DNA of 64,000 nucleotides, taken from the NCBI GenBank assembly GCA_965261595.1, contig CBDHDG010000005.1, positions 928,001 through 992,000 on the forward strand, given 5' to 3'. Made by a program: the position numbers and the translations under genes. Shown piece by piece: positions 50,735-61,378 of the stretch (position 1 is its first letter; each line of letters begins with the position of its first letter). Source of the DNA: a bacterium. Its GTDB lineage: Bacteria > UBA8248 > JACPRG01 > G963555815. Below the pieces are notes generated by a model. The model did no database searches. It was not told the origin of the DNA and saw only the letters and a list, made by a program, of their open reading frames with translations.

Positions 50735-52123
50735 GTGATGTGGGCTGACAAAGGGGAGTGCGACGCCGCATTGGAGGGGACTATCGAAGTCGGCGCGGAC
50801 GTGTCCGTTCACGTGAAGGACGCCGGGCGGCTTCGGGCGGGGCTCATCGACACGCTTGCGTACCATGCGGTCCATCATTCCACTGAGGAATTGAGAGACT
50901 ATTGCCGCTGGCTCATCCGGCGCGCGGCCGAAACGCTGGAGATCCGGACGGCCTCGATCCACGACCTTTACATCGCGATGGGTCGGGGGGACGCGGGGGG
51001 CTTCACGACGCCGGCCATCAATATCCGGGGCATGACCTTCGATGTCTCGCGCGCCATCTTCCGGGCGGCGATGTCGCGGGAGGTCGGCGCCTTGATTTTC
51101 GAGATTGCACGCTCCGAGATCGTATACACCGAGCAGAGGCCCGCCGAATACGCGGCCTCGGTCCTCGCGGGCGCGATCAAGGAAGGGTTCAGGGGGCCGG
51201 TCTTTCTCCAGGGGGATCATTTCCAGATCAACGCGAAGAAGTTCGCCAAGGACCCGGATCAGGAGATGGACTCAGTTCGGGACGTGATTCAGGAGGCGTT
51301 GAAGGCGGGGTTTTACAACATTGATATCGACTCATCGACCCTGGTGGACCTGAGCCGACCCAACATCAAAGAGCAGCAGCGGTTGAATTTCGAGAAGGCG
51401 GCGGAGCTGACCCGGTGCATTCGGGAGCACGAGCCCGAGGGCGTGACCGTCTCGGTCGGCGGCGAGGTCGGCGAGGTCGGCGGGAAAAATACGACCGTGG
51501 AAGAGGCCCGGGCCTTCATCGATAATTATCGGGAGACGCTGGCCTCTTACGGCGGCGGGATGAAGGGAATCAGCAAGCTGAGCATTCAGACCGGGACCAG
51601 CCACGGCGGGGTCCTCCTGGCGGACGGCACGATGGCCCAGGTGAGTCTCGATTTCGATACCTTGGCGGAAATCTCCGACCTGTGCCGGGAATCGTACGGA
51701 TTGAGCGGCGCCGTTCAGCATGGCGCCTCGACGCTGCCGGAAGAGGCCTTCAACCGTTTCGTAGAGAGCAGGGCCTCGGAGGTCCATCTGGCGACCGCCT
51801 TCCAGAATATGATCTATGATCGCATTCCCGAGGCGTTGCGCAAAGAAGTCCAAGGTTGGGTCATTGAGACGCACCAGTCCTCTCGGAAAGAAGGGGATAC
51901 GGACGAGCAGCTCTTTTACAGGGAGAGAAAGCGCGCCTTCGGCCCCTTCAAGTTTCAATTCTCGGCCTTGCCCGAGGATGTGAGGGCGCCGATTCGCGTG
52001 GATCTCGAGAAACGGTTCGGCTTCCTGTTCGAGAAGCTGGGAGTTGTGAACACCCGGGAGGCGGTCAATCGGTTTGTCAAACCCGTGGAGGTGAGCATCC
52101 CCGCCCCCGCGGCGCTATCTTAG
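50735..52123 (+). CDS. fba: Class II fructose-bisphosphate aldolase (long form)
   Basis: PAINIR, QGDHFQ, GGEVGEVGG, GTSHGG, VQHGASTLP. Confidence 0.85.
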   Translation: MMWADKGECDAALEGTIEVGADVSVHVKDAGRLRAGLIDTLAYHAVHHSTEELRDYCRWLIRRAAETLEIRTASIHDLYIAMGRGDAGGFTTPAINIRGMTFDVSRAIFRAAMSREVGALIFEIARSEIVYTEQRPAEYAASVLAGAIKEGFRGPVFLQGDHFQINAKKFAKDPDQEMDSVRDVIQEALKAGFYNIDIDSSTLVDLSRPNIKEQQRLNFEKAAELTRCIREHEPEGVTVSVGGEVGEVGGKNTTVEEARAFIDNYRETLASYGGGMKGISKLSIQTGTSHGGVLLADGTMAQVSLDFDTLAEISDLCRESYGLSGAVQHGASTLPEEAFNRFVESRASEVHLATAFQNMIYDRIPEALRKEVQGWVIETHQSSRKEGDTDEQLFYRERKRAFGPFKFQFSALPEDVRAPIRVDLEKRFGFLFEKLGVVNTREAVNRFVKPVEVSIPAPAALS

Positions 52124-52153
52124 AAACGGCGGGGGTCGGAGGAAACGGGAGGC

Positions 52154-53167
52154 ATGGTGGTCGCTGATCTCGGCATGACGTTGGAGCGCTGCATCGCGGA
52201 AGAGCAGACGCGCTTCCCCGCGGCCCAGGGCGTGTTGACGGACCTCCTGACGCAGATCGCCCTGGCGGGAAAAATCATCTACAGCGAGGTCAACAAGGCC
52301 GGCCTGGCGGACATCCTGGGGTTGACCGGAAAAATCAATGTCCAGGGGGAGGAGGTCCAGAAGCTGGACGAGTTCGCCAATACGACCGTCCGCAACTGCC
52401 TGGAACATACCGGCTACCTCTGCGCGATGGCTTCCGAAGAAATGGATGACGTGTTTATGATTCCGGAGCGGTTCCCGGCCGGAGATTACGCCCTGTTGTA
52501 CGATCCTTTGGACGGCTCTTCCAACATCGACGTCAACGTCAGCATCGGCACCATCTTTTCTGTCTTTCGCAAGAAGAGCGCTTCCGAACGCGGGGAGCCG
52601 AGCGATTGCGTCCAGCGCGGGAGCGAGCAGGTCGCGGCGGGCTATGTCATCTACGGTTCGAGCGTCATGATGGTCTGCACGACGGGAAACGGTGTGTTCG
52701 GGTTCACGCTCGACCCCCGGATCGGGGAATTCTTCCTGTCCCATCCGGACATCCGGATCCCGGCCCGCGGAAAGTTTTACAGCATCAACGAAGGCAACAC
52801 GGCCCACTGGACCGAAGAGACCCGCCGGTGCATCAGCCACCTCAAGGAAATGGACCCGGAGACGGGCCGTCCGTATTCGGGCCGCTACATCGGCTCCCTG
52901 GTCGCGGATTTTCACCGCAACCTCGTCAAAGGCGGAATCTTTCTCTACCCGGGTGATCGCAGGAGCCCCGAGGGAAAGCTTCGCCTCCTTTACGAAGCCA
53001 ATCCCCTCGCCTTCATCGTCGAGCAGGCCGGGGGCGCCGCGAGCACCGGCCGGCAGCGCATCCTGGACATCGAGCCCGAGGCCCTTCATCAACGCTGTCC
53101 GCTCATCATCGGCTCCGAGGAAGACGTGCGGCTTGCCGAAGCGTTTTATCGGGGCAAGCGCGATTGA
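52154..53167 (+). CDS. fbp: Class I fructose-1,6-bisphosphatase
   Basis: [40 protein letters not shown]. Confidence 0.95.
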   Translation: MVVADLGMTLERCIAEEQTRFPAAQGVLTDLLTQIALAGKIIYSEVNKAGLADILGLTGKINVQGEEVQKLDEFANTTVRNCLEHTGYLCAMASEEMDDVFMIPERFPAGDYALLYDPLDGSSNIDVNVSIGTIFSVFRKKSASERGEPSDCVQRGSEQVAAGYVIYGSSVMMVCTTGNGVFGFTLDPRIGEFFLSHPDIRIPARGKFYSINEGNTAHWTEETRRCISHLKEMDPETGRPYSGRYIGSLVADFHRNLVKGGIFLYPGDRRSPEGKLRLLYEANPLAFIVEQAGGAASTGRQRILDIEPEALHQRCPLIIGSEEDVRLAEAFYRGKRD

Positions 53168-53306
53168 ACGCCGGATTGCCGCTGTCTGAGCAAAGGCTTA
53201 CATACGAAATGACGCCCAGCGGGGAAATGCGTCGTTCCGCAAGAGGCTTCGGCCGCTTCCGCTGAGGAAAGCGCAGGCCGCCGAGAGGATATTCGCGACA
53301 GCAGGT

Positions 53307-54350
53307 GTGATTGCCCGGGAACCTCCCACCATATCTCTCAGTTCTTCGCCTGTCCCGGGATCGATTTCCGCCGCCGGGGCGGATCCCACCCTGGCCTTGC
53401 TGACCGGCGGAGGAGACGCGCCGGGGATGAACGCCGCCATCTGGGCCGTGGTCCGGGCGGCCGAGTCGCGCGGTCACGGCGTCTGGGGCGTCCGCCGCGG
53501 CTATTGGGGCCTCTTGGACGACAACATAGAGGCGCTTACCAATCGAGACGTGCGGGGCATCATTCAGCGGGGAGGAACCATCCTCGAGACATCGCGCTGC
53601 AAGCCCTTTCGGACCGCGGAGGGCCGGGAGAAAGCCGCGGCCAACCTCAAGGCCCGCAATGTCCGGGGTCTGATCGTCATCGGGGGCGACGGAACATTTC
53701 AGGGGGCGGATCTCCTGTCCCGGGAGCAGGGCGTGCCCGTCGTCTGCGTCCCCGGAACCATCGACAACGACATCTTCGGCACCGACTACACCATCGGTTA
53801 TGATTCCGCCGTCAACACCGCCCTGGAGGCCATCGACCGCATCCGGGACACCGCCTTCTCGCACGAGCGTATCTTCTTCGTCGAAGTGATGGGAAGGGAG
53901 GCCGGGATCCTCGCGCTGGAGGTCGGAATCGCCGGCGGCGCGGAGGAGGTCTTCGCTCCGGAGAAGGCCGCCGACCTGGAAGCGTTCTGTCGGTCCATTC
54001 GCGGTGCGTTCGACCGCGGCAAGCGCGGGTTCATCGTGGTTGTGGCCGAGGGGGATGAGCTGGGAGGCGCCCAGCGAATCGCCGACGCGGTGAGAAAGGA
54101 CCTGAACCTCGAGTCCCGCGTGAGCGTTCTTGGACACATCCAACGGGGCGGTTCGCCGACCGCGCGGGACCGGGTGCTGGCCAGCCGCCTTGGTGTGGCG
54201 GCGGTCGAGGCGATTCTGGAAGGCGCGGACCGGATCATGGTGGGCGTTCGGGCCGGGGAGGTCGTTCAGACGCCGCTGGATGAGGTGTTCGGCGGAACAA
54301 AAAAAATCGACGCAGGGCTCTTTCGAATCCTCGAAATATTGAGGGGTTGA
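53307..54350 (+). CDS. pfkA: ATP-dependent 6-phosphofructokinase (start uncertain)
   Basis: GGDAPGMNAA, GGDGT, PGTIDND, EVMGR, LGHIQRGG. Confidence 0.92.
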   Translation: MIAREPPTISLSSSPVPGSISAAGADPTLALLTGGGDAPGMNAAIWAVVRAAESRGHGVWGVRRGYWGLLDDNIEALTNRDVRGIIQRGGTILETSRCKPFRTAEGREKAAANLKARNVRGLIVIGGDGTFQGADLLSREQGVPVVCVPGTIDNDIFGTDYTIGYDSAVNTALEAIDRIRDTAFSHERIFFVEVMGREAGILALEVGIAGGAEEVFAPEKAADLEAFCRSIRGAFDRGKRGFIVVVAEGDELGGAQRIADAVRKDLNLESRVSVLGHIQRGGSPTARDRVLASRLGVAAVEAILEGADRIMVGVRAGEVVQTPLDEVFGGTKKIDAGLFRILEILRG

Positions 54351-54427
54351 GCGGCCGGCCGGGATTTTCCATGTGTTTTGATCAGAAGTGTCGGTTCGCG
54401 GGACGCCGATCCCGCCGTCCCGCTTGC

Positions 54428-57400
54428 TCAGGCGGGGGAGGGCTCGCCCACGGGCTCAACGTCGGGGCGAGCGGGGTCTTGGGTTCCGCCCCCTAAATCG
54501 GGTTCGGCGGGCCGCCCGCGAAAACGCCTGGATACGTCGTCCTTCAGCGTCATCCACAGGGAAAACATGACCGGCACGAGGAAGACGGTGAAGACTGTGG
54601 AGAGGATGAGACCGCCGAGGATGGCGGACCCCAGGCCCCGGTAGAGTTCGGAGCCCGCCCCCGAGCTCACGACCACGGGCAGCATCCCGAAGACCGTCGT
54701 CGTCACCGTCATGAAGATCGGCCGCAGTCGGCTCTCGACACTCTCGAGAAGGGCCTCATTGTGCGGGCGTCCGTTCCGCATGTTGTGCAGCGCCTGGTGG
54801 ACGATCAGGATAGCGCTGTTGACGACAATCCCCGCCAGGATGATGAAGCCGAGCATCGTGATGACGTCCATCTTGATGGAGGGCTCGAGGGTGTGAGCCA
54901 GCTTCACGCCCAGGATGCCCCCCGTCGCCGCGAGCGGGACGCTGAACATGATGATGAAGGGGTACGTGAAGGACTCGAACAGGGAGCACATCAGCAGATA
55001 GACGATGACCAGGGAGAGCAGGAACGACCACTTCAGAGTGTCCCAGGTCACCTTCAGGTCCTTGGCCTGGCCGGAAAGGTTGATGCTGTATCCCAGGGGC
55101 AGCCGGGCGCGCATCGGCCCGACGACCAGGCGCTCGATGTTGTTGATGGCTTGTTCCAGCGGGACCTCGCCGCGGATATTGACCGTCAGGGTGATGGAGC
55201 GGTCCAGGTCGGAATGGTCGATCTTCGTGGGGCCGGAGGCGGGTTCCACCCTGGCGATGGAGGACAGGCGGATCGGCCGTCCTCCGGGGGTGTAGAGCAG
55301 AATGTCTTCCAGGTCCTGCGTGCGGATGGCCCTATCCAGCTTGCCCTTCAAGGTGATGTCAATCTCGCGGCCTTTTTCCCGGAACTTCCCCGCTTCGGTC
55401 CCCTTGATGAGGGTCTCGACGACGTATCCCAGCTCGGCCACTGAAACACCCAGGTCCGAGGCCCGCTCCGAGTCCACGTAGATTTGGAGCTCCGGGTTGC
55501 CCAGCTTGGAGCTTGAATTGGCGAAGTTGACGCCGGGCGCTCGCCGGATGTTCGCCTGGATCTCCGCGGCGAGCCGCTGGATCTCTTCCAGCTCGTCCCC
55601 CTTGACGTCGATCTCTACGTTCGTCCCGCCCAAGAACGCGCCGCGCCGGCGGAACAGGGCCGATTGCGTGACGAACACAAAGGGTGCGCCCGGAATGCCG
55701 AACGTCCGTTTGCGGACCTTGGCGACCACCGCCCGCATCTGGGCCGGGGTGCGGGCGAACTCGTCCTTGACGATGATGACGAAGATCGGGTCCGTGAGGC
55801 GGATGACGGAAAAGACGCGCCTCAACTCCGGGATCTTGAGGAACCGCCCCTCCAGGGTCTTGATAATCGCCTCTTTTTCATCGATGTTGAAGCCCGCCGG
55901 GATCTTCACGAGGCCGAACAGGAGGTTGCGGTTCCCCTTGGGGAGGTAGTCGATGGGGGGCATGAACGTGTAGCTGACGAGGAGAGAGGCGCCGACGAGC
56001 AGGACGATGAACGCCAGGCCTCGGGTGCGCGATCGGATCACCCAGCCGATGGATGAGAGAACAAAACGCGAGAACCCGCGCCCCAGCCAGCCCAGGGTCA
56101 GCCAATCGAGGAGCGGTTTCTTTGTCTTCTCGCGGGGCCTCCCCAGGCGGAGGATCCGGCTGGAGAGCATGGGGATCACCGTGATCGATACGATCAGCGA
56201 CAGGGCGACGGCGACGCTGATGGCGAGGGCGATGTCGCCGAAAAGCTGACCCGCCTCCGCCTCGACCAGGATCACCGGAATGAAGACCGCCAGCGTCGTC
56301 AGGGTGGAGGCCAGGATGGCGCCCCACACCTCTTTGGCGCCTTCCAGGGCGGCCTGGAACCGGGTTTTTCCCATGTGGCGATGCCGGTAAATGTTCTCGA
56401 GCACGACGATGGTGTTGTCCACGACCATCCCGGAGGCGAACGCCAGGCCGGCCAGGGAGATGGTGTTCAGGGACCTGTCGAACAGGTTCAGGAAGATAAA
56501 GGTCGAGACCACCGAGATCGGGATGCTGAACCCGATGATCAGGATGCTCGACGCATTTCTCAAATAGAGCAGGAGCACGGCCACGGCGAGGATCGCGCCG
56601 TACACCAGGTTGCGTAGGACGAGGTTGACGGAATCTTTGATGTAGATGGTTTCGTCATACAACTGAAGGAGCTCAATGCCCTTTCCTTTGTAGACGTTCT
56701 CGTTCAGGTGGGCCAGCTCCTTCTTGACGCCTGCCATGACCTCCAGGGTGTTGGCCCCCGTCTTTCGCAGGACGCCGAACCCGATGCTGGGGATCCCGTT
56801 CCGGCGGACGACGAGATCGCGCTCTTTGTAACCGAACCGGACGCTGCCGACGTCCCGCAGATAGATGGCCGTCCCGTTTTGCCGGGACAGGATGACGCTT
56901 TCTATCTGGCGCAGGTCGGTGAACTGGCCCACCGTCCGCACGACATAGCGGCGCTTGCCTTCGTTGATGTTGCCGCCCTTGATGTTCCGGTTCTCCCGCA
57001 ACAGGGCTTGCCGCACGTCGCCGATGGTCAGGTTTCGGGCGCTGAGGGCGAGGGGGTCGAGGAGCACCTGAACTTCCCGCTCTTGGCCCCCGAACATCAG
57101 CAGCCCGCCGACGCCGGGCACCCGCTCGATCCGGGGTTTGATGACGTCCTCCGCCTCGATGCGGACTTCGTTCAGCTCCCGGACGCGCCCGTTCCGGTCC
57201 TTTATCCGATTCAGGACAATCCAGGCGATGGGTGACTCCTGATCGGTGTTGACGGCGCGGATGATCGATTCGTCGGCGTCGTCGGGAAGCCCCCGCACCA
57301 AGCCCAGCTTCTCGGAGACATCCAGGCGGGCGATGTCTTTATTGCTTCCCCAATCGAACGTAAGGCGGACAGTGCTTTTGCCTTCGATGGAGGAGGACGT

Positions 57401-57640
57401 GATTTCGCTCAGGGCCTCGACCGAGTTCAGCTTCTCCTCGATTCGGTCGGTGATCTCTCGCTCGATTTCCGCGGGGGCGGCGCCCCGGTAGTTCGTCTCG
57501 ACCGACACCTCAGGGCGGTCCACGGTGGGTTTCAGCTGGATCGGGATGCGCATCATCGAGATGAACCCGAACATGAGCAGAAGAATCACGCCCACCAGGA
57601 CGGACACGGGGTATCGGACGCAGAGGTCGATGAGCTTCAT
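54428..57640 (-). CDS. RND efflux transporter permease (AcrB family)
   Basis: GMVVDN..VVLEN, GIVVNSAIL, RLRPIFMT. Confidence 0.93.
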   Translation of the reverse strand: MKLIDLCVRYPVSVLVGVILLLMFGFISMMRIPIQLKPTVDRPEVSVETNYRGAAPAEIEREITDRIEEKLNSVEALSEITSSSIEGKSTVRLTFDWGSNKDIARLDVSEKLGLVRGLPDDADESIIRAVNTDQESPIAWIVLNRIKDRNGRVRELNEVRIEAEDVIKPRIERVPGVGGLLMFGGQEREVQVLLDPLALSARNLTIGDVRQALLRENRNIKGGNINEGKRRYVVRTVGQFTDLRQIESVILSRQNGTAIYLRDVGSVRFGYKERDLVVRRNGIPSIGFGVLRKTGANTLEVMAGVKKELAHLNENVYKGKGIELLQLYDETIYIKDSVNLVLRNLVYGAILAVAVLLLYLRNASSILIIGFSIPISVVSTFIFLNLFDRSLNTISLAGLAFASGMVVDNTIVVLENIYRHRHMGKTRFQAALEGAKEVWGAILASTLTTLAVFIPVILVEAEAGQLFGDIALAISVAVALSLIVSITVIPMLSSRILRLGRPREKTKKPLLDWLTLGWLGRGFSRFVLSSIGWVIRSRTRGLAFIVLLVGASLLVSYTFMPPIDYLPKGNRNLLFGLVKIPAGFNIDEKEAIIKTLEGRFLKIPELRRVFSVIRLTDPIFVIIVKDEFARTPAQMRAVVAKVRKRTFGIPGAPFVFVTQSALFRRRGAFLGGTNVEIDVKGDELEEIQRLAAEIQANIRRAPGVNFANSSSKLGNPELQIYVDSERASDLGVSVAELGYVVETLIKGTEAGKFREKGREIDITLKGKLDRAIRTQDLEDILLYTPGGRPIRLSSIARVEPASGPTKIDHSDLDRSITLTVNIRGEVPLEQAINNIERLVVGPMRARLPLGYSINLSGQAKDLKVTWDTLKWSFLLSLVIVYLLMCSLFESFTYPFIIMFSVPLAATGGILGVKLAHTLEPSIKMDVITMLGFIILAGIVVNSAILIVHQALHNMRNGRPHNEALLESVESRLRPIFMTVTTTVFGMLPVVVSSGAGSELYRGLGSAILGGLILSTVFTVFLVPVMFSLWMTLKDDVSRRFRGRPAEPDLGGGTQDPARPDVEPVGEPSPA

Positions 57641-57661
57641 CGGGAGGTTCCGGATTGGGCG

Positions 57662-59200
57662 CTATTCAGACGAGGAGGCGGACGTGCCGGCCGGCTTTTT
57701 TCTTTTTCCCTCCCAGGCGCCGGTTTTCTGCCGTCCGGCGTCCGGCATTCCGCGCGGAGGACCGGCGGGGGAGGCCCTGCCCGGTTTCCAGGCGCCGCCG
57801 GGTTTGCCGCCCCATTGCTTGGCCCGGTTTTTTCCTGGCGCCCCGCCTGGTTTCGACCATGGGCCGGCGGGCTTTCCGCCCCAAGCCTTTCCGGCCGGGC
57901 GGCCGGGCCGCTTCCCCCGCACGGCGATCATCTTTCCGTCCGGCGTCCGAATGGCGCGCACCATGACGGGTCCGCGATCCTTCAGGGTTTCATTTCCCGT
58001 GACGATGACGCGGTCGCCCTTGGAGAGTTTTCCCTCGGCGATCTCGACGTAGCCCGCAATCACCCGGTCGGTTTTCACGGGAACGAGACGCGCGCGGCCG
58101 TTGGCGACGACAAAGACGTGCGCCCGCAACCCCAACTGGCTCAGGGCGTCTTTGGGCACCAAGAGGGTGGGGCGCTTCTCGCCGTAGAATAGCCTCACCC
58201 GGGCGAACATCCCGCCTTTCAAGCGGTAATTGGGGTTGGCGATCTCGATTTTCACCGGAAACGATCGGCTGGCGACGTCGGCCTGGGGGATGATGTCGCG
58301 GACCTTTCCGCGAAACGTCACGCCGGGGTAGGCGTCCACGGTGATCACGGCGTTGTCGCCGACTTGGACATGGCGAATGTCTCTTTCGCGGACTCCCGTT
58401 CGGACGAGAACGGTGTCGATGTTGATGATATCGGCCACCGCGCCTCCCCGTTGAATCCACTGGCCCACTTCAACGTGCTTTTTTGTGATGAAGCCGGAGA
58501 TGGGGGCGCGGATGATGGTCTTCGCCAGTTCGTCCCGCATCCGGTCCAGGTTGGCCTTTTGGCGCTGGACCTCAGCCTCCTGGCCGGCAATGTCCTCTCT
58601 GCGCGTTCCCATTTGTGCGAGGCGGAAAGACTGCTCGAGGCGCTGGACCTGATATTTGGCGGCCAGAAAATCACTCTCCGTCCGGTTGTATTCGGACAGG
58701 TTGATGATCTTGCTCCGCAGCAGCTCCCCGGCCCGTTCCATGTCCCGCTGATACCTCTGCATCAAGGCGTTTCGCTCTTTGAGCTGGGCCCGGACCTCTT
58801 CGATCTCTTCCTTCCGGAGCCCACGCTTGAGCTTTGCGAGCTGCGCCTGGGCCCTGCGGTGGGCGGCGTCGGCCTCGGCCAGATCGATGCGCCGGCCCGA
58901 GTTCTTGAGCCGGACGAGGATGGTCTTCCCTTTTTCTACGGGGTCGCCTTCCTGCAGCTTGAACTCCTTTGTCAAACCCTGGATCTCCGCGCTGACCGTC
59001 GTCGCGATCCGGGCCTCGACTGTCCCGATGGAGGTGATTTGCCTGCGGATCTTTTTCTCCACCACCGGGCTTAACACCACTGCCGCCGGACGCGGACCCC
59101 ACCTCTTTTTCCCCCGGGGGGGCTGCGCGGAAATGTGGGCGGCGCTCAACAAGACGATCACCCCGGAACCGACGATCATTATAAGAAACATTTTCCGCAT
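57662..59200 (-). CDS. RND periplasmic adaptor (membrane fusion protein) with low-complexity C-terminal tail
   Basis: Biotinyl-like hairpin, long coiled coil, IRAPISG, GMFARV. Confidence 0.88.
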   Translation of the reverse strand: MRKMFLIMIVGSGVIVLLSAAHISAQPPRGKKRWGPRPAAVVLSPVVEKKIRRQITSIGTVEARIATTVSAEIQGLTKEFKLQEGDPVEKGKTILVRLKNSGRRIDLAEADAAHRRAQAQLAKLKRGLRKEEIEEVRAQLKERNALMQRYQRDMERAGELLRSKIINLSEYNRTESDFLAAKYQVQRLEQSFRLAQMGTRREDIAGQEAEVQRQKANLDRMRDELAKTIIRAPISGFITKKHVEVGQWIQRGGAVADIINIDTVLVRTGVRERDIRHVQVGDNAVITVDAYPGVTFRGKVRDIIPQADVASRSFPVKIEIANPNYRLKGGMFARVRLFYGEKRPTLLVPKDALSQLGLRAHVFVVANGRARLVPVKTDRVIAGYVEIAEGKLSKGDRVIVTGNETLKDRGPVMVRAIRTPDGKMIAVRGKRPGRPAGKAWGGKPAGPWSKPGGAPGKNRAKQWGGKPGGAWKPGRASPAGPPRGMPDAGRQKTGAWEGKRKKPAGTSASSSE

Positions 59201-59258
59201 GGGGAGTCCTCTCGTCAGACCCGGCGAGCGGGTCCGGTTTTTGACATGGGCGCGTAGA

Positions 59259-59657
59259 TCACGAATCATTGGGCGCGGCCGCGATCCGGCGGGCCGTCTT
59301 GAGGCGCTTCGCGATCTTGTCGATGAAAACAACCGTCAAATCTATTGCCACCATGGTCAACAGGCAGGTGGCGAGAAATACGATGACCTTGAAAGGCGCT
59401 CTCAAGATAAACAGATATGGATTGAGCAACAACAAGAGCGCATAAGAGGCGAAGGTGATTGGAAGGGCCACGAGAAACCCCAAAAGCAGGCCGACCAATA
59501 CGATGAGCAAGGGGGGGGAGGCGTGCTCGGGAGAAGGCGCGTTTCCCCGCACGGAGTCGACGATCCAGAATATAATATTGAAAAGAATGATGACGAAGTA
59601 GATGATGACGGTCGATTGCGTTGCGGTGAAGATGTATTTTGGGTCGAAGGTAATCAT
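59259..59657 (-). CDS. Hypothetical membrane protein
   Basis: 132 aa, 3-4 hydrophobic segments, lower GC than neighbours, co-oriented with the pump genes. Confidence 0.5.
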   Translation of the reverse strand: MITFDPKYIFTATQSTVIIYFVIILFNIIFWIVDSVRGNAPSPEHASPPLLIVLVGLLLGFLVALPITFASYALLLLLNPYLFILRAPFKVIVFLATCLLTMVAIDLTVVFIDKIAKRLKTARRIAAAPNDS

Positions 59658-60037
59658 TTTCCGGGGGTTCGCTTCCAGCCAAACAGAATGCGGTCCCTGA
59701 GACCATGGGAATTTTAACCGTCCTCATCGTACAATATTCCTCGACGCCTTGAAAGAACCCGCGCCTTTTGCGGCCGATCGCGGAAGCCTTCGGTTCAGGG
59801 CGCGTTCGGCCGGGGAGGTCGTCTACGGGTGCCGTTCGACCCGTGGGGGAGAGCCGCCGCGTTGGTTGTCGCAATCCGCCGGGTCTCCGGTCGATCCCGC
59901 CCTATGGCGTTAGACTGGAAGGGGTTCCCCGGCCGGCATTTTTTCTCCGCTGGGCCGGCGTTCGTATCGGGGAAGGATTCTTCGCAGCCTGTGAGTTCCG
60001 TGGACTGATGGACGTCCGGGGGATCAAACCGTGAGAG

Positions 60038-60805
60038 ATGATGAAACGCTACCAGGCTGTCATATTTGATCTGTTCGATACGGTCGTTCTGTTTGATTAC
60101 ATGAAAATGCCCGAGATCGTCGTCAAGGGGAATCCCCGCAGGACGACGATGGGGATGACCTATGAGCTTTTGCGGGAAAGGTGCCCGGATGTGTGTTGGG
60201 ATGCTTTCTTCGACGCCTTGGCGGACGAGGACGACGCGTTGCGCGCCCAAAAGGAAGCCGGAAAGGAGATTTCCTCGACGGCGCAGTTTTCCGGCGTAGT
60301 GAAAAGACTGGTTCCGGAGAGGCCGGACCTGCTCGCCCGGGAGTTCATCGAGGACCTGGTCGGCAAGCATATGCGAGCCCTGCTCGATTGCGTCCACCTC
60401 CCCGCGGAGCACCCGGCCATCCTCCAAGAGCTGGGCCGGACGCACCGGATCGCCCTGCTGTCGAATTTCGATCATGCCCCGGCGGCCGAGGCGATGATCG
60501 ATGAGATGGGGCTCCGGGAATATTTCGTCCGTATCGCCATTTCCGATAAGTTGGGGTGGAGAAAGCCGCATCCCCGCGTGTTTTTGCAAATGGTGGAAGA
60601 GCTGGGGGTCGAGCCCGGCGAGACCCTGTACGTGGGGGACACCTACGAGACAGACGTCGTCGGGGCCAAATCCGCGGGCCTGGACGCCGCCTGGGTGAAT
60701 CCCAAAGGCCTGGAACCGGGGGAAGTTCGTCCCGATATCGAGGTGAGCGGGTTGCCGGAGTTGCGAGACCGCCTGTCTCCGGGCGGAAAGGGAAGGATTG
60801 AATGA
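60038..60805 (+). CDS. HAD-superfamily hydrolase
   Basis: FDLFDT, LSN, KPHP, VGDTYETDV. Confidence 0.88.
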   Translation: MMKRYQAVIFDLFDTVVLFDYMKMPEIVVKGNPRRTTMGMTYELLRERCPDVCWDAFFDALADEDDALRAQKEAGKEISSTAQFSGVVKRLVPERPDLLAREFIEDLVGKHMRALLDCVHLPAEHPAILQELGRTHRIALLSNFDHAPAAEAMIDEMGLREYFVRIAISDKLGWRKPHPRVFLQMVEELGVEPGETLYVGDTYETDVVGAKSAGLDAAWVNPKGLEPGEVRPDIEVSGLPELRDRLSPGGKGRIE

Positions 60806-61134
60806 AGCCGCGATGGATGTTGGCGATGGGGTTGGTCGGCGTTGCCGCGCTGACTGTTTTAGTGGTCTCTCTGGTGCAAGGCATCCCGTCGCCGGAGGAT
60901 GCGTACCGGCCGAACACGCTGGATGGAAGTATCATCTATCTGGAGGCCTGCGCGAAATGTCATGGCGCCCAAGGGGAGGGGACCGCCCTGGCGCCCCCGC
61001 TCAGGGGGAGAAGTCTCAAACCTGAAAGGATTTGGAAACAGGTGAAATCGGGGACGGGAAGGATGCCCAAGTTCCCTAACATCACGGCGGAGGCCATTAA
61101 TAATCTTTCAATCCATGTTAATACACTAAAATAA
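60802..61134 (+). CDS. Monoheme c-type cytochrome
   Basis: N-terminal membrane/signal segment, CAKCH, distal MP. Confidence 0.85.
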   Translation: MKPRWMLAMGLVGVAALTVLVVSLVQGIPSPEDAYRPNTLDGSIIYLEACAKCHGAQGEGTALAPPLRGRSLKPERIWKQVKSGTGRMPKFPNITAEAINNLSIHVNTLK

Positions 61135-61147
61135 TATCAAATAGTTA
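61135..61147 (+). promoter_or_regulatory. IHF consensus site in AT-rich block
   Basis: TATCAAATAGTTA matches WATCAANNNNTTR. Confidence 0.5.
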
Positions 61148-61378
61148 TTTACTGTTTATTAATGTCATATATTCAGTATTTCCGATGGGGGGATCCGCCT
61201 TTAGGACGACCAGTCTGAATTCGGGATTGGAAGAGGATTTAATGCACAGAAAACCAACCGGCTCCGGGACATACCGGCGGAAAGTCTTCCCGAACCCGCC
61301 AGAGGCCCTGGCCTTCAAGGAGCACAAGGCCGAGATGGAAGAAACCTTCCTGGTCCCCTCCGGGTTCTGAGGGGTGGT

